From the NCBI GenBank assembly GCA_015059485.1, contig SVAH01000001.1:66724-130723 (forward strand): a stretch of DNA of 64,000 bases. The letters are read 5' to 3'. The notes under the pieces were generated by a model. It was not told the origin of the DNA, did not search any database, and saw only the letters and a list, made by a program, of their open reading frames with translations. The number at the start of each line of letters is the position of its first letter. The first letter of the stretch is position 1. A program made the translations under genes and the position numbers. Of the stretch, positions 1 through 8,297 are shown in pieces. This DNA comes from Bacillota bacterium (GTDB lineage Bacteria; Bacillota_I; Bacilli_A; RF39; UBA660).

Positions 1-465
1 TTTACAAAAAGAAATAATATTTATATATTTGATGAAACAGAACCAGATAGATTTAGAAATCTTAATATTGATTTGATATATGTTAGTGGTGGTAATACTT
101 TTGCAACTTTGGATAAAATGAGAAAATGTGGTTTTGATAAAGATATAATTAGTTATATAAAAAATGGTGTAATATATATTGGAGGTTCTTGTGGTGCTCA
201 CATAGCAAGTAAAAATATCAAACACTTGGAAAAGTTAGATGACAATTATTTAAATATTAAAGATTATGATGCTTTAGGATTATTTGACGGAATAATAATA
301 CCTCACTATAATGAAGAAGAATATAATCCAAAGTTGAGAAAGCAAATATATGATAATTTATTAATTGAAAATAAATATAAAGTATATGCTCTAACAAATG
401 ATGATTCATTAGTTATTATTGATGATACAATTATTGAATATAAAGGAGGTAATACTCATGAATGA
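1..465 (+). CDS. Peptidase S51 (PepE-like, class I glutamine amidotransferase fold), 5'-truncated by the window edge; cargo of cassette 0
   Basis: Frame is open from base 1. Motifs IYVSGGNTF, YIGGSCGA (nucleophile Ser) and IIPHY are typical of the S51 family. Confidence 0.8.
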   Translation, partial: FTKRNNIYIFDETEPDRFRNLNIDLIYVSGGNTFATLDKMRKCGFDKDIISYIKNGVIYIGGSCGAHIASKNIKHLEKLDDNYLNIKDYDALGLFDGIIIPHYNEEEYNPKLRKQIYDNLLIENKYKVYALTNDDSLVIIDDTIIEYKGGNTHE

Positions 466-469
466 AAAT

Positions 470-500
470 AAAACAAATATAAACTGGTTGGTGTTGATTT
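470..500. repeat. Recombination junction J1 (att-like quasi-palindrome, central TG at 485-486)
   Basis: AAAACAAATATAAAC-TG-GTTGGTGTTGATTT; the left half encodes KTNINW, as in rbgA 42410-42427. Confidence 0.85.
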
Positions 501-655
501 AGTATAACTATTCATGAAACTCCTATAAAATAAGGGAAAACTAATATTTAATAATTACATATTTTAATAAATAATTACTAAAAAATATTAAAAATAACAA
601 AGTATTTAATACTTGGTGTTTACAGTCAAACTTTTAATAAAAAGAGGTGACAACA

Positions 656-1612
656 ATGAAAGAAATGTTAAAATTATTGAATAATTATTTAGTTATAATA
701 AATAGTTCTGTTGAAATATGGCTAGTTTTCAGTTCTTTAGATGAAGATGTATCTATAAAAGATTCTGATTTATTTGAATATTATTCTGATTTTAAACATA
801 TTGATTTGGAACATATTTCAACACATTTAATAAATGCGTGTTTACCCAGTGACAAAATTGAAAGGTTAATTAATGCTTTAAAAATTTTAAAAGAGACTTA
901 TATTAAATATGGTGTTAATAATCTAGATGAGTTATCTTCAAAAATATTAAATGAGTGGAATAATTCTAAGGATTATAGTGATGAATTAATTAAAGATATT
1001 TTATTAATAGAATGCCGCAGTGGATGGGATAAATTACCTAAATCTAATACGTCCTTATTAAAAATATACAAAGATATGGTTGATGGTGATATGATTGTTA
1101 ACCCTAATATTCCAGTTGGTACTTCATCTGAAAGATTATATACAATGTTACCTGATGATGCATCATGTTATAGATATAATTTAAAAGTTATATCTAATCC
1201 AATGATAGATTGGAGTATATATAGAAATGGTAGAAATCCTTTAGAACAGTATTGCGCATTATATAATAATAGTAAAAATGAAGAAGAAAGAAAATATTAT
1301 CATGATTTAATAATAACAGCTATTTTTAGTTCATGTAGTTTATTTAATAATAAATTTGCATGGCATACTAAAGCTCATAAAACTGAAGAGATGATTAATT
1401 ATTATTTATTAGTAGAAAAAAATGAAATAAATAGTAGGCATCATTCTTTAAATGATATTAGTTTTATTAGTGAAATACATGAATTATTATTAAATGATGA
1501 ATTGTTTAATCATCAATTAGAATTATATACTGAAAAGAATGATGATGCTGAAGAAGTAATTAAGGAATTAAAATTATCAAGAGAAAGTGTACAACATAAA
1601 GTGTATTTATAA
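656..1612 (+). CDS. Hypothetical protein (~318 aa), cargo of cassette 1
   Basis: ORF 647-1612; RBS AGAGGTGA favours ATG at 656; no recognisable motif. Confidence 0.75.
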   Translation: MKEMLKLLNNYLVIINSSVEIWLVFSSLDEDVSIKDSDLFEYYSDFKHIDLEHISTHLINACLPSDKIERLINALKILKETYIKYGVNNLDELSSKILNEWNNSKDYSDELIKDILLIECRSGWDKLPKSNTSLLKIYKDMVDGDMIVNPNIPVGTSSERLYTMLPDDASCYRYNLKVISNPMIDWSIYRNGRNPLEQYCALYNNSKNEEERKYYHDLIITAIFSSCSLFNNKFAWHTKAHKTEEMINYYLLVEKNEINSRHHSLNDISFISEIHELLLNDELFNHQLELYTEKNDDAEEVIKELKLSRESVQHKVYL

Positions 1613-1616
1613 GATT

Positions 1617-1779
1617 GCCATATGACCAGGTAACTCTTATGGTTAACTTGGTATTGGATTAGTCTAACTACGATAAATGACTTAAAAATGGACGAAATAG
1701 TAATAAATTTCGTCTTTTTTATGCTATAATTGAATAGAAATGGAGTGATTCCTATGGATAATAAAACTAATATTAACTG
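1617..1779 (+). repeat. Promoter-type right arm, copy 1 (near-identical to 3541-3702)
   Basis: Imperfect inverted repeat, terminator GACGAAAT..ATTTCGTC-T6, extended -10 TGCTATAAT, RBS GGAGTGA, ATG GAT AAT AAA ACT AAT ATT AAC TG. Confidence 0.85.
1691..1720 (+). terminator. Intrinsic terminator in the cassette right arm
   Basis: gacgaaat-agtaataa-atttcgtc followed by a T-run. Confidence 0.65.
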
Positions 1780-1793
1780 GTTGATATTGATTT
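1763..1793. repeat. Recombination junction J2 (central TG at 1778-1779)
   Basis: AAAACTAATATTAAC-TG-GTTGATATTGATTT (preceded by T). Confidence 0.85.
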
Positions 1794-2422
1794 AGTCTGA
1801 GTTTCATTCAAACTCCTATAAAATAAGAAAAAAACAAATATATGCTTGTTACATAATATAATAAGAATATAAAAAATAATGATAAAAATAACTGAAAAAG
1901 TATCAAAAGTAGCATAGTATTTGATACTTGGTATTGACGGTTAAACTATTAAAAACGAGGTGAATGATTATGATTTTAGATGGAGCAGATATAGGATTAG
2001 GTAAAGTAGTTATAACAGACTCACATGCAACAATTAATAATGTTGAAATACCAATAAAATGTGTAGATATATATAGTGAAGATCATATTTATCGTTTCAC
2101 ATTTTGGACTCAACAAGAATATGAAAAATATAATGATTTAGAATTGAATAAAAAAACTAATATTTTAGATCTTATAGATGACTACGATATTGATTTTGGT
2201 ACTAAAGAATATGGTACTATTAATTCAAGAGAAAATACTGAGATGTATTTTACTAGAATAGATACTGATAAATATATTTTAACTGCAGAGATTAAAAATT
2301 TTGAAAATTGTGTGCTTGGAAATATGAAAAATCATAAGAATTTAAAATTAGAAGCTATTATAGATTTTAATGATATAAAAGGAGTTGATCCAAATGAATG
2401 AAAATAAAACTAATATCAATTG
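1780..2422 (+). mobile_element. Single-gene cassette 2 (643 bp)
   Basis: Bounded by J2 and J3; conserved left arm; the ORF stop overlaps the rbgA-like start (ATGAATGA). Confidence 0.75.
1964..2401 (+). CDS. Hypothetical protein (~145 aa), cargo of cassette 2
   Basis: ORF with GAGGTGA RBS (start may be 1970); no family recognised. Confidence 0.75.
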   Translation: MIMILDGADIGLGKVVITDSHATINNVEIPIKCVDIYSEDHIYRFTFWTQQEYEKYNDLELNKKTNILDLIDDYDIDFGTKEYGTINSRENTEMYFTRIDTDKYILTAEIKNFENCVLGNMKNHKNLKLEAIIDFNDIKGVDPNE

Positions 2423-2436
2423 GTTGATATTGATTT
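2406..2436. repeat. Recombination junction J3 (central TG at 2421-2422)
   Basis: AAAACTAATATCAAT-TG-GTTGATATTGATTT. Confidence 0.85.
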
Positions 2437-2601
2437 AGTCTAGCCATTCATTAAACTCCTATAAAATAAGGAAAAATTAATATTTAGTAATTACATATTT
2501 TAATAAATAATTACTAAAAAGTATAAAGAATAGATAAAAAAACTCCAAAAATACCATAGTATTTGATACTTGGTATTGACGGTTAATCTAATATAAAAGA
2601 G

Positions 2602-3540
2602 GTGATTGTTTTGAATTTAATAGATACATTAAATACAAGTTATGAATATGTTTGTGATAACTCCAGAAATGTAAAAATAAATTATGATAAAATTGATGAT
2701 TTAATTGATCAGATTAATAACTCAAAGGTTGATTATTGGTTAGATTCAAATCCATATGGTTTAATGGATATGGATGTAGAAGAAATAATTAATTTCTTAT
2801 TCATATATCATGCAATAGGAGATTATTGCTTTTGGGGAGATCCTAAATGGGAAGTAAAAACAGATCTAGGTGTTATGGATGGGTCTTATGCAATAATGTA
2901 CTTAATACTAAATAGATTTAAATCAAATAATAATTTTGAAATTAGTTTTGATGAATTTAAAGAATTATTAAAAGGAAATGTAACAATTCCATTGTTAAAA
3001 GATAGATATCAAAATTTATTAGAAATGAATAGATTTCTTAAATCTAAAAATAAGTCATTCTATGAATTAATTAAAGAATTAAACATTGATAGTGAATTAT
3101 TTGAATTTATAGTTAATAATTTAGATTATTTTAAAGATATATCTAATTATGGAGGGAAAGAAATACTATTTTATAAAAGAGCTCAATTATTAACTTCTGA
3201 TATTCTACATGTTAGAGAGAAGAAAGAAAATATTGAAGTAGATTATTCTCATTTAATTGGTTGTGCTGATTATAAAATACCTCAAGTTATGAGATGCTAT
3301 GGTATGTTAGAATTCAGTGATAGTTTAGGAGATAAAGTTGATTCTAAAATAGAATTAAAAGAAGGTACTGAAGAAGAAATAGAAATAAGAGCAAATACTT
3401 TAAAAGTAATAAACTATATATATGAAAGATTAGATAAAAAATATTCTCGCATGGATATAAATGATTTTATATGGTTACTAGGTCAAAATAAATCACAAAT
3501 GACTAAATCATATCATAGAACATTAACAAAACATTATTAA
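2602..3540 (+). CDS. Queuosine salvage protein (QNG1/DUF2419-like queuosine-nucleotide N-glycosylase)
   Basis: Motifs YCFW, FYKRAQLLTSD, ADYKIPQVMR, EIEIRA, D.FIW and YHRT match the Q_salvage family; the true start may be TTG 2611. Confidence 0.8.
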   Translation: MIVLNLIDTLNTSYEYVCDNSRNVKINYDKIDDLIDQINNSKVDYWLDSNPYGLMDMDVEEIINFLFIYHAIGDYCFWGDPKWEVKTDLGVMDGSYAIMYLILNRFKSNNNFEISFDEFKELLKGNVTIPLLKDRYQNLLEMNRFLKSKNKSFYELIKELNIDSELFEFIVNNLDYFKDISNYGGKEILFYKRAQLLTSDILHVREKKENIEVDYSHLIGCADYKIPQVMRCYGMLEFSDSLGDKVDSKIELKEGTEEEIEIRANTLKVINYIYERLDKKYSRMDINDFIWLLGQNKSQMTKSYHRTLTKHY

Positions 3541-3702
3541 GCCATATGACCAGGTAACTATTATGGTTAACTTGGTATTGGTTTAATCAAACACGATAAA
3601 TGATATAAAAATGGCCGAAATTGTAATAAATTTCGTCTTTTTTATGCTATAATTGAATAGAAATGGAGTGATTCCTATGGATAATAAAACTAATATTAAC
3701 TG
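3541..3702 (+). repeat. Promoter-type right arm, copy 2
   Basis: Near-identical to 1617-1779. Confidence 0.85.
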
Positions 3703-3720
3703 TTCGATAGGAAATTAGGC
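3686..3720. repeat. Junction J4 = attL of the ICE (central TG at 3701-3702)
   Basis: AAAACTAATATTAAC-TG-TTCGATAGGAAATTAG; similarity to rbgA ends exactly after TG. Confidence 0.8.
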
Positions 3721-3889
3721 AACATTTTTTGAAAACTCCCGTAAAATAAGGGTAAAACAGCCATCGAGTAATTACATTTTTTTAACAAAAGTTGTAAAAA
3801 ATAGCAAAAAATACCCAAAAATACCTCAAAAATGGCATAGCATTTAAGGGGTGGTGTTCGGACGCAACACTTTAAAAAAGCAATTAATA

Positions 3890-3915
3890 TCAGATAGTTT
3901 TATCTGATTTTTTTT
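3890..3915 (+). terminator. Terminator-like hairpin just inside the ICE left end
   Basis: atcagata-gttt-tatctgat followed by T7. Confidence 0.55.
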
Positions 3916-3939
3916 ATGCAAAAATATAGGAGGGTTTTT

Positions 3940-4818
3940 ATGAAAGAGGAAGTTGTTGAATTAAATGTTAAAGACATATCAGATTTTCCAAAACATCCAT
4001 TTAAAATAAATAATGATTTAAATTATGAAGAACTTAAAAATAGTATTATTGAAAGTGGTGTTCTCGTTCCTACAATTGTGAGAAAGAAAGAAGATGGAAA
4101 ATACGAAATGTTATCTGGACATAGAAGAAAGAAAATATGTGAAGAACAGGGTATAAAAAAAATACCATGCATTGTTAAAAATGTTTCTGATGAAGAAGCT
4201 ATCATATTAATGGTAGATTCAAATCTTCAAAGAGATAAAATATTACCTAGTGAAAAAGCACTAGCTTATAAAATGAAATATGAAGCAATAAAACATCAAG
4301 GTAAAACTTCCGACCCATTGGGTTCGAAGTTATCAATCGAAGATATTGTAAAAGACACAAATGATAGTGCAACTCAAATAAGAAGATATATAAGGTTAAA
4401 TTATTTAATTCCAGAATTATTACAGTTAGTTGATGATACAGTTTTAAAAGATAAACGTGCTACTTTAACAATGGGATTAAGACCTGCTGTAGAATTATCT
4501 TATTTATCTAAAGATGATCAAGAACTTGTTTATGAAGAAATAACATATGAAGATTTAACTCCAAGTCATGTTCAAGCAAAAAGAATAAGAGAACTTGGAG
4601 AAAAAGGCGAATTAGACTCAGATATACTTGAGTCTATTTTTTTGGAACAAAAACCTAATCAAGCTAAAAGATTATCTTTTAATGAAGAGAGAATAAGAAA
4701 AGTATTACCTAAAGATATTAAGGATTATAAGATTGAAGATTTTATAATAAAAGCAATTGAGAGTTATTCTAAGACACTCTCCAATGAAAGGGGTGATTCA
4801 TATGATTTAGATATTTAG
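3940..4818 (+). CDS. ParB/RepB/Spo0J family partition protein
   Basis: HPFK, YEMLSGHRR, MVDSNLQR and IRRYIRL motifs; RBS AGGAGG before ATG 3940. Confidence 0.85.
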   Translation: MKEEVVELNVKDISDFPKHPFKINNDLNYEELKNSIIESGVLVPTIVRKKEDGKYEMLSGHRRKKICEEQGIKKIPCIVKNVSDEEAIILMVDSNLQRDKILPSEKALAYKMKYEAIKHQGKTSDPLGSKLSIEDIVKDTNDSATQIRRYIRLNYLIPELLQLVDDTVLKDKRATLTMGLRPAVELSYLSKDDQELVYEEITYEDLTPSHVQAKRIRELGEKGELDSDILESIFLEQKPNQAKRLSFNEERIRKVLPKDIKDYKIEDFIIKAIESYSKTLSNERGDSYDLDI

Positions 4819-4873
4819 CACCCTACAATATTTATTTATTTTCTATTATTATTTTAGTAAGAGGTGAAGAAGA

Positions 4874-5497
4874 ATGAAAAAAGTTATAATTAGCTTTATC
4901 ATTTTGTTTCTTATTGCTTCAGGATTCTTAACTTATAAATATGTATTTATGAGAAATAAAGATGAGAAAAAGCCAGTAGTTAATACTACAGTTATTGAAT
5001 CAAAAGTTGATTCAGAAGAAATGGAGGAAGAAGAAAATGAACCTATTACAGAAAATAATAAAACTAATAATGATATTGTTAAAAACGACAGCATTAATGA
5101 CAATAATGCTAATTCGAACAATATGGAGAGCAATAATGTTCGTAACTCTAATGTCGTAAAAGAAAATTCAATAACTAATAATGTGAAAAAAGAAGAGCCA
5201 AAACAGGAATCTGCTCCAGTTCAACAACCAGTAGTACAACCTGAACCAGAACCACCAAAACATGAACCAACAGCATGGGAAAGCTTAGGAATAAGTGAAT
5301 ATGATTATTATCATTCACCAATGTGGAGTTGGGCTAGAGTTGATTATAAAATTGAAGATTATGGAACATTTGATGCTACACATCAAGCTTGTATTGATGC
5401 TGGATATCAATTAGAAGATATAATTAGTTTTTCTTGTACAAACATTAATAGTTATTCGGGTGCTTATTTAGGGGATATGCTCAGAATAAAAAAATAA
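4874..5497 (+). CDS. Membrane-anchored surface protein with N/E/P-rich linker
   Basis: N-terminal TM segment, low-complexity stalk, small C-terminal domain with two Cys. Confidence 0.7.
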   Translation: MKKVIISFIILFLIASGFLTYKYVFMRNKDEKKPVVNTTVIESKVDSEEMEEEENEPITENNKTNNDIVKNDSINDNNANSNNMESNNVRNSNVVKENSITNNVKKEEPKQESAPVQQPVVQPEPEPPKHEPTAWESLGISEYDYYHSPMWSWARVDYKIEDYGTFDATHQACIDAGYQLEDIISFSCTNINSYSGAYLGDMLRIKK

Positions 5498-5513
5498 TGA
5501 AAGGAAAAATGAT

Positions 5514-8297
5514 ATGAAATCAAAATTATTTAAGTATGCTATGATGAGCATGCTTTTTATTTTGTCTATTTTTGGCATAACAGAAGTACATGCTGAACAA
5601 TACACTGGACAAGCAATCTGGCCTAGTGAATATATTAGTAATATCTATATTAAAAAAGATAGAAATGATGGTTATTCAAAATGGCAACAAGCAAGATTTA
5701 TTAGAAGAAGTGAAGATAATAAATTCGTTTATTGTTTACAACCATATACTGATATAGATAATAACTTACCTTATTATGATGTAATAAGAGAAGACTATGA
5801 AAGAGTATTAGGGTTTAGTGAAGCACAATGGGAAAGAATATCTTTACTAGCTTATTATGGATATCAATATGACCAAAATGGATATAATCATAATGATCAA
5901 AAATGGTATGCTATTACTCAAGTTATGATTTGGAGAACAACAAATCCTGAATCAAATATCTATTTTACTGATACTTTAAATGGTAATTATACATCTAAAT
6001 TTGATGGTGAAATAGCTGAACTTGAAAGCTTAGTTGCAAATCATTATAAAAGGCCACAATTACAAAGTGGAGTTGTTGTACCAATTGGAAGTACAACTGA
6101 AATGAATGATACTAACGGTGTATTAAGTAATTTTAAAATTACTTCTACAGATAAAGTATCAGCAACTATTAATGGAAATACTTTATCAGTAACTGCAAAT
6201 AGTATTGGTGAAGGATCTATTACTTTTGAAAAGAAAGCTACTAAGTATGAAATACCACCAATTGTTTATTTTAGTAATCATTCACAAAATGTATTTAGAG
6301 TTGGTAATTTTGACCCTGTATTAAGTAAATTTACTTTAAAGGTTATAGGTGGAAGAGTAACACCAACTAAAGTTGATGTTGAAACAAAAACAAATACTCC
6401 TCAAGGTGAAGCTAAATTAGGTGGAGCTGTATATGGTATTTATAAAGTTGATGGAACTAGAGTTGGGTCTGTAACTACTAAAGATGATGGAACAAATACA
6501 TCAGATTATTTACCTGAACTTGGTAGATTCTATTTATTAGAAGAACAACCATCAGAAGGTTATTTATTAGATAGTAATAAATACTATTTTGAAATAACAG
6601 AGAATAATTTAAATCCTACTGTGCAAGTATTTGAGCAAGTAATCAAATTAGATTTTGAATTTACTAAAGTGTATGCTAGTGCTGAAACTCAAATAATGGA
6701 ACCAGAAGTAGGTATTAAATTTGGAATTTATAATAATAAGAATGAACTTGTAAAAGAAATAACTACAGATTCACAAGGTGTATTTAGATTTACTTTACCA
6801 TATGGTACTTATACTGTTAAACAATTAACAACAACTAAAGGTCATGAAAAAATTGACGACTTTAATGTTGAAGTAAAAACTACAGGAGAAGTAGTTAAAA
6901 AAGTTATTTCAAATGCTCCAATTACTGCCAAGTTAAGAGTTGTTAAAATTGATTCTGAAACTAAGGAAGTAATAAAGAGAAGTAATATTAAATTTAAAAT
7001 ATTTGATGTTAAAAACAATGAATATGTATGTCAAACAATTACATATCCAACTAAAGAAACTATCTGTGTTTGGGAAACAGACGAAGATGGTGAATTTACA
7101 ACAGCTTATCCTTTAATGACTGGAACTTATAGACTTGAAGAAGTTGATCAAGTAATTGATGGCTATTTATGGAATAGTCAATCTCATGAATTTACAATTG
7201 ATGAAGATTCTAATTTAAGAACTGACTCAGAGTATGGAATAATATTCGATACTGATTTTGAAAACACTAGAGTAAAAGGTGAAATCAAAATTGAAAAAAC
7301 TGGAGAGGTTGCTGAACTTACTGAAAATGGATTTGAATTTAAAAATCAACCATTAGAAGGAGTTAAATTTGGTTTATATGCTAAAGAAGATATAGTATGG
7401 AATGGTAATACAATTTATACAAAAGATTCTTTAGTAACAGAAAAACTTACTGATAGTGAAGGTAAAATAGTATTTGATGAATTATATCTTGGTAAGTATT
7501 ATGTAAAAGAAATTGAAACATTAGATAATTATGTTTTAGATGAAAATACATATGAAGCTGAACTAGTATATAAAGATCAATATACACCAACTATCTTCTA
7601 TTCAGAAGCTTTATTAAATGTATTAAAAACTGGTAAACTAGAATTTACTAAAACTGATATGTCTGAATCTAAAACTCTTCCAAATACACTAATCGAAATT
7701 TATACAGAAAATGATGAACTAGTATTTAGTGGAAGAACTGATGAAGAAGGTAAAATTGTTATTGAAAGACTTCCTCAAGGAAAGTATTATATTATTGAAA
7801 AGGAAGCACCAGAAGGATACAAACTTAATGAAGAAAAAATGCCATTTGAAATTAAAGAAAATGGTGAAGTAATTAAATCAACTATGAAAGATGAAGACAT
7901 AACTGGAACACTTGAATTTACAAAATTAGATTTTTCAAATGATAATCCACTTTCAAACACTTTAATTGAAATATATAATGCTGATACAGATGAATTAGTA
8001 TTCTCTGGAAGAACTGATGATAATGGAACAATTACTATAGAAAAATTAAAATATGGTAAATATTACATTTTAGAGAAAGAAGCACCAGAAGGATATGAAT
8101 TAAATCCTGAAAGAATGTATTTTGAAATCAAAGAAGATGGAGAAATTGTTAAATCTGTAATGAAAGATAAACAAATAGTTAAAGTACCTAATACTGAAGA
8201 AAATGATTATAAAGAATTATTATTTAGTGGAATTACTTTACTAGTTTGTGGAGCAGGTGTAATTATTTATGGAATCAAAAATAAAAAGAAAAAATAA
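5514..8297 (+). CDS. Cell-wall-anchored adhesin with Cys-Gln thioester (TED) domain and SpaA/Cna-B-type repeats
   Basis: Signal peptide; VYCLQP and YAITQVMIW (TQxxIW) motifs; repeated EKEAPEGY modules; VPNTE sorting motif followed by TM and basic tail. Confidence 0.8.
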   Translation: MKSKLFKYAMMSMLFILSIFGITEVHAEQYTGQAIWPSEYISNIYIKKDRNDGYSKWQQARFIRRSEDNKFVYCLQPYTDIDNNLPYYDVIREDYERVLGFSEAQWERISLLAYYGYQYDQNGYNHNDQKWYAITQVMIWRTTNPESNIYFTDTLNGNYTSKFDGEIAELESLVANHYKRPQLQSGVVVPIGSTTEMNDTNGVLSNFKITSTDKVSATINGNTLSVTANSIGEGSITFEKKATKYEIPPIVYFSNHSQNVFRVGNFDPVLSKFTLKVIGGRVTPTKVDVETKTNTPQGEAKLGGAVYGIYKVDGTRVGSVTTKDDGTNTSDYLPELGRFYLLEEQPSEGYLLDSNKYYFEITENNLNPTVQVFEQVIKLDFEFTKVYASAETQIMEPEVGIKFGIYNNKNELVKEITTDSQGVFRFTLPYGTYTVKQLTTTKGHEKIDDFNVEVKTTGEVVKKVISNAPITAKLRVVKIDSETKEVIKRSNIKFKIFDVKNNEYVCQTITYPTKETICVWETDEDGEFTTAYPLMTGTYRLEEVDQVIDGYLWNSQSHEFTIDEDSNLRTDSEYGIIFDTDFENTRVKGEIKIEKTGEVAELTENGFEFKNQPLEGVKFGLYAKEDIVWNGNTIYTKDSLVTEKLTDSEGKIVFDELYLGKYYVKEIETLDNYVLDENTYEAELVYKDQYTPTIFYSEALLNVLKTGKLEFTKTDMSESKTLPNTLIEIYTENDELVFSGRTDEEGKIVIERLPQGKYYIIEKEAPEGYKLNEEKMPFEIKENGEVIKSTMKDEDITGTLEFTKLDFSNDNPLSNTLIEIYNADTDELVFSGRTDDNGTITIEKLKYGKYYILEKEAPEGYELNPERMYFEIKEDGEIVKSVMKDKQIVKVPNTEENDYKELLFSGITLLVCGAGVIIYGIKNKKKK

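Larger units (their letters stand above)
487..1779 (+). mobile_element. Single-gene cassette 1 (1293 bp, non-autonomous)
   Basis: Bounded by J1 and J2; conserved left arm (487-650), one ORF, promoter-type right arm (1613-1779). Confidence 0.75.
2423..3702 (+). mobile_element. Single-gene cassette 3 (1280 bp)
   Basis: Bounded by J3 and J4; conserved left arm and promoter-type right arm. Confidence 0.75.

Noticed and set aside
458-3720. CRISPR array or classical integron as the explanation for the repeats
   Set aside because: The intervals are 0.6-1.3-kb whole genes, there are no cas genes or IntI, and the repeats match the rbgA start rather than attC.
7630-8170. DNA repeats inside the adhesin gene as a recombination system
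   Set aside because: Explained by tandem SpaA/Cna-B domain duplication.
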